DNA of 64,000 nucleotides from an uncultured Arcobacteraceae bacterium (GCA_964022095.1 CAXHZO010000001.1:32001-96000); one strand, 5' to 3'; counted from the stretch's first letter, positions 1 to 10,235 are shown. Translations and numbers: made by a program. The notes: generated from the letters alone by a model not told the origin.

Positions 1-231
1 GTAGAAATTGCAGGAGAAATAAGAGAACTTTCTGATACAGATATTCAAGAAGCAGTTTCAACTAGGTTATTAATATATGCAGCAAAGCTTATCAAAAAAG
101 GTTTTAATCCATATAACGCTTGTATTCACTCAATAGTTGAATCATTAAGTGATGAAGATGATGTTTTAGAAGTTTTAGAAAAATTGATTACACTTCATTT
201 TCTAAAAAAAGAGTTTGATGAAAGTCAATAA
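1..231 (+). CDS. C-terminal fragment of CbbQ/NirQ/NorQ-family AAA+ ATPase (5' end outside window)
   Basis: Frame 1 reads VEIAGEIRELSDTDIQEAVSTRLLIYAAKLI...IVESLSDE...ESQ-stop(229-231); STRLLIYAA is typical of the NorQ/CbbQ C-terminal domain. Confidence 0.8.
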   Translation, partial: VEIAGEIRELSDTDIQEAVSTRLLIYAAKLIKKGFNPYNACIHSIVESLSDEDDVLEVLEKLITLHFLKKEFDESQ

Positions 232-315
232 AAAACTATAGTTTTTAAATTACAATAATAAAATAGTTCACAATCATGGGGTAGTTATGTTTTTTAATTT
301 GTTTAAGAAAAAAGA

Positions 316-471
316 ATGGAAAAATGAAAAAAACCAATTTATGTTTGTAAACATTGTAAACTAACTTGTAAGTCATGTGATACAATTTATTGTTTTACTT
401 GTTATGTAAATGATGCTAATCCATGTCCTAGATGTGGAAAAAGAAATATTGATTATAAAAAAACATTGTAG
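316..471 (+). pseudogene. Small Cys-rich (4x CxxC) zinc-finger-like ORF with a disrupted start
   Basis: Frame from 316 reads MEK-TGA-KKPIYVCKHCKLTCKSCDTIYCFTCYVNDANPCPRCGKRNIDYKKTL; the ATG at 324 is out of frame by one A in an A7 run. Confidence 0.45.
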
Positions 472-514
472 TTTAACTAATTATTAACTAAAATATAAAT
501 AAAAAGAGCTGATT

Positions 515-925
515 GTGAAACTAAATACTACAACTGAATATGCACTTAGGATTTTGATATTTATGGCGAAAAATCAAAATGAATTATTTCATACAAAAGA
601 AATATCTGAAACTTTAAATATATCTTATAAATATATGACTAAAATAATTACACTATTATCTAATAATGAACTTATAATTTCAAAAAAAGGTAAAAATGGG
701 GGTATTACACTCAAAAAAGACAGTGATGAAATATCAATAAAAGACATTTTGATAATTATGAATGATTTAGATGATGATAAATGTATATTGGGTCTTGGTT
801 TATGTAGAGAAAAGAACAAATGTGCTATGCATGAAACTTGGATGGAATCAAAAAACTCTATAAGTCATACTTTTTCCAAAACTACTATAAAAGAGTTAGC
901 TTTAAATCCTAATTCTTTAATTTAA
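515..925 (+). CDS. Rrf2-family transcriptional regulator (probable Fe-S cluster, 3 Cys)
   Basis: N-terminal YALR, HTH, SKKGKNGG wing and C-x6-C-x5-C motif. Confidence 0.9.
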   Translation: MKLNTTTEYALRILIFMAKNQNELFHTKEISETLNISYKYMTKIITLLSNNELIISKKGKNGGITLKKDSDEISIKDILIIMNDLDDDKCILGLGLCREKNKCAMHETWMESKNSISHTFSKTTIKELALNPNSLI

Positions 926-1009
926 CTCACTAAGTCTTGATGTTTTATAAATAACATTATAAAAAAACTTATCTAAAGATGAATGCACATAAACGTAGAA
1001 TTGAATAAC

Positions 1010-1345
1010 TTATGATTTAGTATTGATCAAAAATACTCCGCTGAAAGAACAAATTGAAATACTTGATATTCAAATGAGAAATACTGAAGTAAAAAGTACA
1101 CTCAAAAAGAGTGAAGCTGGAGAGTTCAAACGTCTAAAACGTAAAATAAAATACTTAAACGAAAAGGACGACAGCTTAAAGAATACAAAGGCATAGTTAA
1201 ATACAAAAGCAATCAAATATATAAAATTTTAAAACTCAATCGTATCACTGAGTAAAAGCTACTTGATATTATAAAAAAAGTAGATAATCAACTAAATGAA
1301 CTTGTAAAATTAATATTTGTTTTTGCTAGAAATAATCATAGCCAT
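1010..1345 (+). mobile_element. Highly degenerate IS3-family transposase remnant (tentative)
   Basis: Broken frames read KSTLKKSEAGEFKRLKRKIKYLNEKDDSLKNTKA (resembles the IS3 OrfA coiled-coil C-terminus) and IIKKVDNQLNELVKLIFVFARNNHS (resembles the OrfB N-terminus); multiple stops; no terminal IRs identified. Confidence 0.45.
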
Positions 1346-1463
1346 CTTAAGTATGTTCAAAATAGTGTTTGTTTTATACTATATCATTTACAAAGTTTTC
1401 CATATCACTTCTAAGTAAACTATCACAATTTTCATTTAGAGTAATACTTTCACTTGTGTGCTT

Positions 1464-1492
1464 TAAAAGCAGATTTAAAGTATCTGCTTTTA
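1464..1492 (-). terminator. Intrinsic terminator-like hairpin downstream of tolC
   Basis: TAAAAGCAGAT-N7-ATCTGCTTTTA perfect inverted repeat. Confidence 0.6.
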
Positions 1493-1536
1493 CTTTTAGT
1501 CAAATTTCTTTTGGGAAAACTTGCAAAATTCACCTT

Positions 1537-2802
1537 TTAGTATTTATTCACTTCAAAGATTCTATCTAAACTTGCTATCGCTAGATATTTGTCAAAGTAT
1601 GCTTTATTATATCCTTGTTGTGCTTGAGTTAATAAATAGTTTGCATCAGTTAAATCAGTAGTTGTAGCTAAACCTTCATCAAATCTATTTTTTACTATTT
1701 CATAGTTTTCTTTTGATTGAAGAAGTGAAAGTTTTGAAGTCTCTAAATTATCAATTGCAACTTCAAGATTTGTTTTTGCATTTTCATATTGAAGTTTAAT
1801 ATCTAACTTTGTTTTTTCAAGCTGATTTGCTGCATTTTTGTAATCAATTTTTGCATTTTGAACTTGTGCACTATCATAACCACCACTATATAAATTCCAA
1901 GATGCAGTTACATTTGCTACATTTTGATTATCAACATTTGGTATTGCATCATACTGTTTTAATGAAAATGTATCATAGTATTTATTATGAGATGCACTTA
2001 CATCAATACTTGGATAAAAATTAGATTTAGATGCTTTTTTCTGTTGTTTATATGATTTTAAGGCCATAACTAAAGCTTGAATTTCACTTCTTTTTTCAAG
2101 TTTTGATTCATCATATGTTTTAATATTTAAACTTTTTTCATCTAAACTTTCAATTGTTTCATTTGATAAATCAACACCACCTAAGATGTTTGATAACTCA
2201 TAACTTGCAACTTTTAAATTACCCTTTGCTTGAACAACATTTTGTTTTGCATTTGACATATTTACTTGAACTTGAAGTAAATCATTTTTTGCAATTAAAC
2301 CTTGGTCATATCTATTTTTTGAATCTTCATATTGCTCTTTAAATAATGCATATGCACTATTGTAAGTTTTTAGTGAATTTTGAGCATTTAAATAGTTTAT
2401 ATATGCACTTTTTACACTTAATACAATATCTTGTTTTGTTGCAATTAAAGAGTATTTTGATGATTTCGATAAATATTTTGAAGCATTTTTATTTGCTAAA
2501 TCTTTAAAACCATTAAAAAGATTATATGAAACAGTTGCGCTTAGTGCTGTTGTTTCTGATTGATTATTATTAAAAACTGCTTCATCTGTATTATTATATG
2601 CATATCCCAAATTTAACTTTGGTAAATATGTTGATTTACTAGCTTTTAGATCTTGAACACTTTTCATATATTGATATTTAGATGATTTAATATCTAAATT
2701 TTTATTAAGTGCTATATCTACTGCTTCATCTAAATTTAATGCACTAGCATTCACTATAAATAGTGAACTAAGTGCTAATGATAATATTGAAATTTTTCTC
2801 AT
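1537..2802 (-). CDS. TolC-family outer-membrane efflux protein
   Basis: Signal peptide, two OEP repeats (YLPKLNL..YNLFNG; FYPSIDV..WNLYSGG), last gene of the RND operon. Confidence 0.92.
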   Translation of the reverse strand: MRKISILSLALSSLFIVNASALNLDEAVDIALNKNLDIKSSKYQYMKSVQDLKASKSTYLPKLNLGYAYNNTDEAVFNNNQSETTALSATVSYNLFNGFKDLANKNASKYLSKSSKYSLIATKQDIVLSVKSAYINYLNAQNSLKTYNSAYALFKEQYEDSKNRYDQGLIAKNDLLQVQVNMSNAKQNVVQAKGNLKVASYELSNILGGVDLSNETIESLDEKSLNIKTYDESKLEKRSEIQALVMALKSYKQQKKASKSNFYPSIDVSASHNKYYDTFSLKQYDAIPNVDNQNVANVTASWNLYSGGYDSAQVQNAKIDYKNAANQLEKTKLDIKLQYENAKTNLEVAIDNLETSKLSLLQSKENYEIVKNRFDEGLATTTDLTDANYLLTQAQQGYNKAYFDKYLAIASLDRIFEVNKY

Positions 2803-2813
2803 AAATTTATCCT

Positions 2814-5800
2814 TTATGCTTTACTTACATCAACTGGTTCTTTTGAACTTATTGATGATACTTTATGTTCTAATTTAATAAAGAACATTAAAAGTGCTGG
2901 TGTAACAAATATCGTAAATACTGTTGATAATGCTAATCCACCAGTAATAACAGAACCTAATCCTCTATAAAACTCACTACCAGGTCCAGGAACTAATACA
3001 AGTGGTAACATACCAAATATAGAAGTTAGAGAACTCATATAAATAGGTCTAATTCTAGACTTAGTTGCAGCTATTACTGCATTTTTATGCTCCATTCCTT
3101 CGTTTCTAATGTAGTTTAGACTTTGATGAACAATTAAAATTGCATTATTAACAACAATACCAACAAGAATAATAAACCCTAACATGGTAAGAACATCAAG
3201 GGGTTGTTCTTCTATAAAATTACTTGTTAGTGAAAGTCCTATAAATCCACCAGCAGTTGCTAAAGGCACAGTAAACATAATAACTATTGGATATAAAAAG
3301 TTTCCAAATAGTGCTGACATAAGTAAGTAAATAATTACTAGTGCCAAAATAAAACTTCCACTTAAAGCAGTAATTGTTTCAGTTAATTTATCAGCTGTAC
3401 CACTAATACCAATATTAACATCTTCAGTGATTTTCCCTTCACTTTTCATTTTATTTATTGCACCATCAAGTATTCCCATAGTCTCTTGAATTGTCATATG
3501 TTCAGGAGGAGTTACTTGAAGTGTAATTGTTCTATCACCATTTAAGTGTCTAATCTCACTAATACCTGTTGTATCAACAGAGTTTGCAAGTGAAGACATA
3601 GGAACAAGAGATCCATTTGGTAAGGCAATTTGTGTTGATAAAATATCTTCAGGTGTTTGAATTAATTTATCATTTGCTTTTAATACTAAATCAATTTTCT
3701 TTTTACCATCTTCTTCATAATCAGAAACTTTTCTACCACTCATTAAAACATCAGCCATTACACCTAATTCATTTGAACTCATTCCAAATGCTTTTAGGGC
3801 ATCTTGGTTTGGTTTTATTCTAACTTCTGGATAAAGTAATTCAATAGAAGGAACTGGTCTTACTTGAGCCCCTTTTATAGCCCCACTTGAGGCCATAAAT
3901 AGTTTTGTACCAACACTTGCAATATCTTCAATACTCTCACCACTAATATCAACATTTACTGTTTTTCCCTCACCAATACCACTTTCGAATACTCCTGATT
4001 GAAGTGAAACTCCAAATACAGAGGGAAGCGAATTAACTATTGGCCTAAAAAATGGAATTAACTCTCTAGCTCTACTCTCATGCATAGATGTTCCACCAAA
4101 CAAGTTAAAGTCACCAAAAGATACAAAGAATGCTCTACTAAGTCCAGGAACTCCATCTACATCTTTATTGATATTTGGCTCAACTCTTTTCATTAAATAT
4201 GCACCCATATCATATCTCTCTTGGTAAGAAAGACCAGGAGGTGTAATTAAAATATTAAATACTAAGTTCTTATTTCCTTGAGGAAGATAATCTAACTTAG
4301 GGAATAATAGATAAATCGTAGCTAATGATACAACAGCAAATGAAACAATAGTAATAACTTTTGTCATAGTTGTTTTTAATGACCACTTAACAAATGTCAT
4401 AATAAAGTTTACAAATTTATTTCCAATCTTTGTTAATCTACTCTCACCTCTTGGTTCTTTTCCTGAAATTCCTGCAAACTTTTTCCAAAGCATTGGAATA
4501 ACTGCAATTGAAACAAATAAAGAAAAAGAAACTGCCCCTGTTACTGCAATTGCAATATCTTTAAATAATTGACCTGCTTCATCTTCTAAAAAAATAATTG
4601 GTAAAAATACTGCAACTGTAGTTGAAGCACTTGCGATTAATGCTCCCCATACTTCACTAGCACCTTTATATGCAGCATCAGGTATACTCATACCTTCTTT
4701 TCGGTGCCTATCAATATTTTCTAAAACAACAATGGCACTATCAACTAACATACCAACTGCAAAAGAAATACCAGCTAAAGAGATAGTATTTAAACTTCTT
4801 CCCATAGATTCAAGTATTATAAAAGTACCAACAACTGAAATTGGAATTGCTATTGATACAACAGCAGTTGGAGAAATAGCTCTTAAAAATAGTATTAGTA
4901 CTAATATTGCTAACACACCACCAATCATAATATTTTGCTTAACTAAATCAACAGAACCAACAATATATGGCCTTTGATCATAAAGCCATTTTATAGTTAA
5001 ACCTTGTTCTTTTAATACTGTATCATTTAAGTTATTTACAACTTTTTCAACCTCATTTGTAAGGGCTACAATATTTGCAGATGCACTTGGTTGAACCCCT
5101 AAAAAAATACCATCTTTCCCTAAAAACATTGCAACAGTACTAGGTGTTGCATATCCAAAGTCAACTGTTGCAATATCACCTACAGTAACTCTTTGTTCTC
5201 TATTTGAAATTAAAATCACATCTTTTATATCTTGAGGTGATTTAAACTTATGAACTGTTCTAATTCTATAACTTCTTCTACCCATATTTTGAGTACCAGC
5301 TGAAACATTTACATTTTCTGTTTGTAGTGTTGCTATTACTTGAGAAATTGTAAGATTATAAGAAGCAAGTTTATTAGTATCAAGACTGATTTGCATCTCT
5401 TGTTCTCGTCCACCACCTCCCATAGTTCCTGCAACTCCATTTACTCTTTTAATAGCTGGTTTGATTTCATTTTCAAAATATGTTTTATATTCATCAATAT
5501 GTCTATCATTTTTATCTAAAGTTTGTAACATCATCCAAATAACTGGACTTGCACTTGCTGTTTCAATTACTGGTTCATTTGCATTATCCGGATAGGAACT
5601 AACTTCATTTAATTTATTTGAAACATCTTGAAGTGCTGCTCTTAAATCAGTACCTAATTTAAAAGTAAGTGTAACTTCACCTGAATTATCTTTTGAAGAA
5701 GATTCATACTCTATTAAATTATTTAAACTCTTTAATGCATCTTCTTGTTCTTCAATAATTTCACGTTCAATTTCATAAGGAGTAGCACCTGGCCATGTTG

Positions 5801-5945
5801 TAGTAATTTTTATTTCTGGCTTTGACACATTTGGAGTTAACTGATAAGGTAACTTTGAAAGTGACAAAAACCCAAATAAAACTACAATTAAAACTGAAAC
5901 TATTATTGTTACAGGATTCTTAATTGAAAATTTTATTAAATCCAT
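2814..5945 (-). CDS. RND efflux permease (AcrB/AcrD/AcrF family)
   Basis: 1043 aa, 12-TM pattern, GMLVDSAIVVLENI, GIVVNNAIL and RIRPIYM motifs. Confidence 0.95.
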   Translation of the reverse strand: MDLIKFSIKNPVTIIVSVLIVVLFGFLSLSKLPYQLTPNVSKPEIKITTTWPGATPYEIEREIIEEQEDALKSLNNLIEYESSSKDNSGEVTLTFKLGTDLRAALQDVSNKLNEVSSYPDNANEPVIETASASPVIWMMLQTLDKNDRHIDEYKTYFENEIKPAIKRVNGVAGTMGGGGREQEMQISLDTNKLASYNLTISQVIATLQTENVNVSAGTQNMGRRSYRIRTVHKFKSPQDIKDVILISNREQRVTVGDIATVDFGYATPSTVAMFLGKDGIFLGVQPSASANIVALTNEVEKVVNNLNDTVLKEQGLTIKWLYDQRPYIVGSVDLVKQNIMIGGVLAILVLILFLRAISPTAVVSIAIPISVVGTFIILESMGRSLNTISLAGISFAVGMLVDSAIVVLENIDRHRKEGMSIPDAAYKGASEVWGALIASASTTVAVFLPIIFLEDEAGQLFKDIAIAVTGAVSFSLFVSIAVIPMLWKKFAGISGKEPRGESRLTKIGNKFVNFIMTFVKWSLKTTMTKVITIVSFAVVSLATIYLLFPKLDYLPQGNKNLVFNILITPPGLSYQERYDMGAYLMKRVEPNINKDVDGVPGLSRAFFVSFGDFNLFGGTSMHESRARELIPFFRPIVNSLPSVFGVSLQSGVFESGIGEGKTVNVDISGESIEDIASVGTKLFMASSGAIKGAQVRPVPSIELLYPEVRIKPNQDALKAFGMSSNELGVMADVLMSGRKVSDYEEDGKKKIDLVLKANDKLIQTPEDILSTQIALPNGSLVPMSSLANSVDTTGISEIRHLNGDRTITLQVTPPEHMTIQETMGILDGAINKMKSEGKITEDVNIGISGTADKLTETITALSGSFILALVIIYLLMSALFGNFLYPIVIMFTVPLATAGGFIGLSLTSNFIEEQPLDVLTMLGFIILVGIVVNNAILIVHQSLNYIRNEGMEHKNAVIAATKSRIRPIYMSSLTSIFGMLPLVLVPGPGSEFYRGLGSVITGGLALSTVFTIFVTPALLMFFIKLEHKVSSISSKEPVDVSKA

Positions 5946-5953
5946 AATTTTTC

Positions 5954-7003
5954 CTATTTATTTAAAATTTTTACTGGCATATCAGGGAAAATTCTTTCAT
6001 TTCCTTTTGTTACTAGTTGCATACCTTCAACTAACCCTTGACCACTAATAGCTGCTTTTTGACCAAAAAATGCAATTGGTTTTACAGGAATCATTTTTGC
6101 TTGGTTTTCAACAACTGCAAAAACTACATCCATGTCAAATCTTTTTATAACTGCATCTCTATTTATTACTAAAGCTTGACTTTTTGATTCTTTTGCAAAA
6201 GAAACTTTTGCTTGTGCACCATCAAAAATAAACATATCTTTTATTGTTGCTTTAAATCTAACAGGAAAAGTTCTAGTTAGTTTATCTCCACTTGGAATTG
6301 CTGCAAAAAGTTTTGCTTTTACACTTTTTTCAGATATTTTTACATCATACTGTTGCCCTATTTCAAGTCCATTGATAAAAGATATTGGTAAATTAAAAAT
6401 TACTTCAACATCACTTGTATTAACAACTGTTGCTACTTGTGTTCCTTGATTTAACCACTCATCTTTATTTACATTTTTTTCAACTACAATTCCATTAAAT
6501 GGAGCTTTAATGACTTTTTTAGATTTTTGAATAGTTAACTCATTTAAATTTGCTTTTGCACTTGTTAAGCTCTCTTTTGCAACATCATAATCTAATTTTG
6601 CATCATCAAAAGTTTTTTGTGCGATTGACTTTTTCTCTACTAGTGCTTTATATCTATCATAATTCTTTTTTGCATTTTTTAATTGAACACTATACATATT
6701 TACTGATGATCTTGCAGCTTTTACTTGTGCATTTAAAACATCTGAATCAATCACAACTAAAGTATCACCTTTTTTTACTTTTTGACCAACTTCAAAATTA
6801 ATCTTTTTGGCAATACCATTACTTTGACTTGCTACTTTTGATTTTTTATCAAAATTTACTGTTCCTACAAACTCTTGTAAATCATTTATTTCTTGTTTTT
6901 TTAATGTTTGAACTTCTACTAATGAAGGTGGTTTCCCAGCTGCTTGTATGAAGTTTGCCATCATGAAAAATACAACAAATATTGCTAATCCTATTTTTTT
7001 CAT
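5954..7003 (-). CDS. RND periplasmic adaptor (membrane fusion protein)
   Basis: Lipoyl-like GQKVKKGD and IKAPFNG motifs flanking a coiled hairpin. Confidence 0.93.
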   Translation of the reverse strand: MKKIGLAIFVVFFMMANFIQAAGKPPSLVEVQTLKKQEINDLQEFVGTVNFDKKSKVASQSNGIAKKINFEVGQKVKKGDTLVVIDSDVLNAQVKAARSSVNMYSVQLKNAKKNYDRYKALVEKKSIAQKTFDDAKLDYDVAKESLTSAKANLNELTIQKSKKVIKAPFNGIVVEKNVNKDEWLNQGTQVATVVNTSDVEVIFNLPISFINGLEIGQQYDVKISEKSVKAKLFAAIPSGDKLTRTFPVRFKATIKDMFIFDGAQAKVSFAKESKSQALVINRDAVIKRFDMDVVFAVVENQAKMIPVKPIAFFGQKAAISGQGLVEGMQLVTKGNERIFPDMPVKILNK

Positions 7004-7020
7004 ATTAATCCTTTGTATTA

Positions 7021-7251
7021 TTAATCAATTTTTTTCATTACTCTATGTACAATTTTATGCACAATTGGAGCTACTACTACAATAATAGGAAATGCACACA
7101 TAAAAGCCAATCCAAAAGCTTTCATCCATTTTCCTACGAATCCATCTACTAAACCTAAATTTATAAAACTAATTATAAAGCTCATAATAAAACTCATAAA
7201 AAGTGCCATAAAAAAAGCAAAAACTACTCTTTCGTATTTTCTATTAATCAT
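7021..7251 (-). CDS. Small 2-TM membrane protein, DUF2798-like
   Basis: FFMALFMSFIMS...W.KAF..AF..AFP pattern. Confidence 0.75.
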   Translation of the reverse strand: MINRKYERVVFAFFMALFMSFIMSFIISFINLGLVDGFVGKWMKAFGLAFMCAFPIIVVVAPIVHKIVHRVMKKID

Positions 7252-7846
7252 TTTTTATCTCTATTAATTTAAATATTGTGTCCATAAATTTATCAAAGTT
7301 TTCTTTTTCATCAAAGTTTGATTGAGTCATTTTTCTCAAAGCTAAACCTTTTTGATAAGTCATAATGCCTTCAACTAATTCTAAAGCTTCTGGTTTTAAC
7401 TCACCTGTATCAACGCCTTGTTTAAATATTTTTAATAACTCTGCTGAAAAAAACTCATTTTTACTACAATTAAACTCTTTCATCGCTGTATTCTCTTCAG
7501 ATAAAACTATAGATAAAAACTCTTTATAACCATTAAAATGTTTTGTATTTTCTTCATCATCATTTAAAACGACTTTAAAAAATAGTCTTAATTTTTCTCT
7601 AGTTGTTTGTACCTCTTTTAAAGACTGTATTAAACCTTCATTATGTTTTTCTATATGAATATTAATAATTTCAAAAACAATGTCATCTTTATTTTCAAAA
7701 TATTCGTATACAGTACCTTTACCTATTCCAGCTGTTTTTGCAACTTCTGATATAGTAAGTTTTCTAATACCAACATCATGAATTAAATCTTGACAAGATA
7801 AAGCAATATCTTTTCTTCTTTGCACTTTATCAACTATTTTTGGCAT
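7244..7846 (-). CDS. TetR/AcrR-family regulator
   Basis: HTH TISEVAKTAGIGKGTVYEYFENKDDI; first gene of the efflux operon. Confidence 0.93.
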   Translation of the reverse strand: MPKIVDKVQRRKDIALSCQDLIHDVGIRKLTISEVAKTAGIGKGTVYEYFENKDDIVFEIINIHIEKHNEGLIQSLKEVQTTREKLRLFFKVVLNDDEENTKHFNGYKEFLSIVLSEENTAMKEFNCSKNEFFSAELLKIFKQGVDTGELKPEALELVEGIMTYQKGLALRKMTQSNFDEKENFDKFMDTIFKLIEIKND

Positions 7847-7867
7847 ATTGCAACTCCTTTATAATTT

Positions 7868-7939
7868 TTGACTGAACGTCGGTCAATTTAAATTTTATAG
7901 AAATTTACCTTAATTAACATTTAAACTGACCACTGGTCA
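7868..7939. promoter_or_regulatory. Two TGAC(C/T)...GGTCA palindromes, probable TetR operators
   Basis: TTGACTGA-acg-TCGGTCAA (7868-7886) and TGACCA-c-TGGTCA (7927-7939) upstream of tetR. Confidence 0.65.
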
Positions 7940-8048
7940 TTAAAATACAATTAAATTATTTTTATTTAATATTTATATCTAATATAAGTTACAATTAAAT
8001 AACTTTCTTGTAAATTATATCTACAAAGATAAAAAAAAGGAATAAAAA

Positions 8049-8597
8049 ATGAAAAAAATACTTCTAAGTACAGTTGTATTGTTAAGTTTACTAACTAGTT
8101 CATACTCATATGAATTAAACGGTGATTTACAAGTTAAATGGACAGGTTTTAAAACAGAAAAAAAAGCTCCAGTATCAGGGTCGTTTAATGACATCAAACT
8201 TAATATAGAAAAATCTGATGATTTATCTACTTTTTTAAAGAGTGCAAAAGTAGAAATTACTACTAAATCATTTGAATCAAAAAATCCAGCAAGAAATGAA
8301 AATATAATAACAACTTTATTTTCATTAGCAACATCAAAGATTATTGAAGGCTCAATATCATCTGTTAATACTAAGAATAAAGAATTGACTTTAGATTTAG
8401 TTATGAATGAAGTTAAAAATAGTGTTAGTATGAAATATACAATTGAAAATGGACAGATTAATGCAAAAGGTGTTATTGATATTTTAAATTATGAAATGAA
8501 AGAACCTTATATGAAATTTGCTCAGAAATGTGCATCTTTTCATGAAAACAAGTCATATTCAGATGTTAATATAGAATTTACTATTCCTTATAAATAA
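8049..8597 (+). CDS. YceI-family periplasmic lipid/polyisoprenoid-binding protein
   Basis: Signal peptide; WTGFKT..VSGSF and S.NPARN motifs. Confidence 0.82.
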   Translation: MKKILLSTVVLLSLLTSSYSYELNGDLQVKWTGFKTEKKAPVSGSFNDIKLNIEKSDDLSTFLKSAKVEITTKSFESKNPARNENIITTLFSLATSKIIEGSISSVNTKNKELTLDLVMNEVKNSVSMKYTIENGQINAKGVIDILNYEMKEPYMKFAQKCASFHENKSYSDVNIEFTIPYK

Positions 8598-8622
8598 GTA
8601 TAAAGCCAAAATGGCTTTATAC
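8598..8622. terminator. Bidirectional terminator-like hairpin
   Basis: GTATAAAGCCA-aaa-TGGCTTTATAC between convergent genes. Confidence 0.65.
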
Positions 8623-10077
8623 CTAAGAAGAACAACTTAATTTCATATTTGCGTATTTTATAGGAGTTGGATTTGCATAGTTTTCAAAATTGCTATGCTC
8701 ATCAAATGGATTTTGAGCAATTTTCAATAGATCATTTACAAGTGAATAATCTCCATCATGAGCTTTTTCAATGGCTTCTTGAATCATATAGTTTTTTAGT
8801 ATATATTTTGGATTTACTTTTTTCATAATTTCATATCTTGATTCAAAACCACTACTTTGTTCTTCACAAACTTTTTTATAGGCTTCAAACCATTTTTTAA
8901 TAGGCTCTTGAAAAACTGCTATATCTAAAATTGTATTTAAATCATCAAATGACTTTATGAAAGTTAATCTATAAAAAAATACATTATAATCCATTCTTGA
9001 AGTTTCTAAGGCTCCTAGTAATTCAAGTATTAATTGAAGATTTGAGTCTGAACTTTTATTTGCATTTAATCCTAGTCTTTTATTCATTAAGTTTAAATAT
9101 ACATTTTGATGTTGAGATAAAAATGTCTGCATATAACTTGCTAATTTTTCACCATCACATATTTTACTTAGACAATCCGCTAAAACCATTAAGTTCCATC
9201 TTGCAACATATGGTTGATTGTTGTATGAGTATCTTCCTTCATGGTCTGTATGATTACAAATAGCATTTTTTTCAAAATAATCCATAAATGCATAAGGTCC
9301 ATAATCTATCGTAAGTCCTGCCATTGAAAAATTATCAGTATTCATAACTCCGTGTTGAAAACCATAAGCTTGCCATAAAGCCAAAAGTTCAGCTGTTTTA
9401 TCAACTAGTGAATAAAACATTTTTTCAACTTTATTTTCTACTTCAATTAAGTGTGGATAAGATTGATTAATCACATAATTAGCTAGTTGTTTTAGATTTT
9501 CTTCTTTATTTTTAGTTCTAGCAAAAAACTCAAAAGTACCAATTCTTATCCAAGAAGGACTCATTCGCATGACAATTGCACATGACTCTTGATTCCACTG
9601 TCTGTGTGCATAAGTCTCTGAATCAATTATTCCTAAAGCTCTAGTAGTAGGAATTCCTAAGTGATGCATAGCTTCACCCATAAGATACTCTCTAATACTG
9701 GACCTCAACACTGCCCTGCCATCACCTTGTCTTGAATATTTTGTAAGTCCTGAGCCTTTTGTTTGTAAGTGCCAACTGTTTATACTTCCAAGGTTTATTG
9801 CTCTTCCATCACCAAGTTGTGGTACAAAGTATCCAAACTGATGACCTGCGTAAACCATTGAATATGGCTTACTTCCCTTTAGAATTTTTGTTCCATTTAT
9901 AAAATCAATAAACTCTTGTGTTTCGCAAACTTCATAATCAAGTCCAATTAAATCACACGCTTCTTTATTATAAGAAACAAGTTTTGGATTTAAAAGAGGT
10001 GTTGCATCTAGTTTTTGATATAAACTTTCATCAAATTCAAAGTAATCTACTTCAAGTTTTAGTTCATCTAATTTCAT
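8623..10077 (-). CDS. selO: Protein adenylyltransferase SelO (YdiU)
   Basis: YAGHQFG, LGDGRA, KGSG.T.YSR.GDGRAVLRSSIRE, HGVMNTDN, IDYGP and C-terminal CSS; start reassigned to ATG 10077 (MKLDEL). Confidence 0.95.
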   Translation of the reverse strand: MKLDELKLEVDYFEFDESLYQKLDATPLLNPKLVSYNKEACDLIGLDYEVCETQEFIDFINGTKILKGSKPYSMVYAGHQFGYFVPQLGDGRAINLGSINSWHLQTKGSGLTKYSRQGDGRAVLRSSIREYLMGEAMHHLGIPTTRALGIIDSETYAHRQWNQESCAIVMRMSPSWIRIGTFEFFARTKNKEENLKQLANYVINQSYPHLIEVENKVEKMFYSLVDKTAELLALWQAYGFQHGVMNTDNFSMAGLTIDYGPYAFMDYFEKNAICNHTDHEGRYSYNNQPYVARWNLMVLADCLSKICDGEKLASYMQTFLSQHQNVYLNLMNKRLGLNANKSSDSNLQLILELLGALETSRMDYNVFFYRLTFIKSFDDLNTILDIAVFQEPIKKWFEAYKKVCEEQSSGFESRYEIMKKVNPKYILKNYMIQEAIEKAHDGDYSLVNDLLKIAQNPFDEHSNFENYANPTPIKYANMKLSCSS

Positions 10078-10169
10078 ATTAATTTTCTCTTTTTTCATAA
10101 TTATTCGTATATATGAAATTACTTTATCAAAAAAAAACATAATATAGGATAAAAAATATCCTATTTAAC

Positions 10170-10183
10170 TTGATAACAATCAA
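10170..10183. promoter_or_regulatory. FNR/Dnr (Crp-Fnr family) box upstream of hemerythrin
   Basis: Exact TTGAT-AACA-ATCAA. Confidence 0.7.
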
Positions 10184-10235
10184 TGAAATAAATCTATCTT
10201 TATGTAAAAATATCAAAAAATAAAAAAGGCTAAAT

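Noticed and set aside
1374-1526. Minus-strand TTG-started 50-codon frame (MQVFPKEI-TGA-LKVKADT...) with a hairpin just after the TGA: a second selenoprotein?
   Set aside because: No redox-motif context and the hairpin loop has no G; the hairpin is better explained as the tolC terminator
8623-8640. Selenocysteine at the SelO C-terminus
   Set aside because: It ends CSS-TAG with no in-frame TGA; this is the ordinary Cys form
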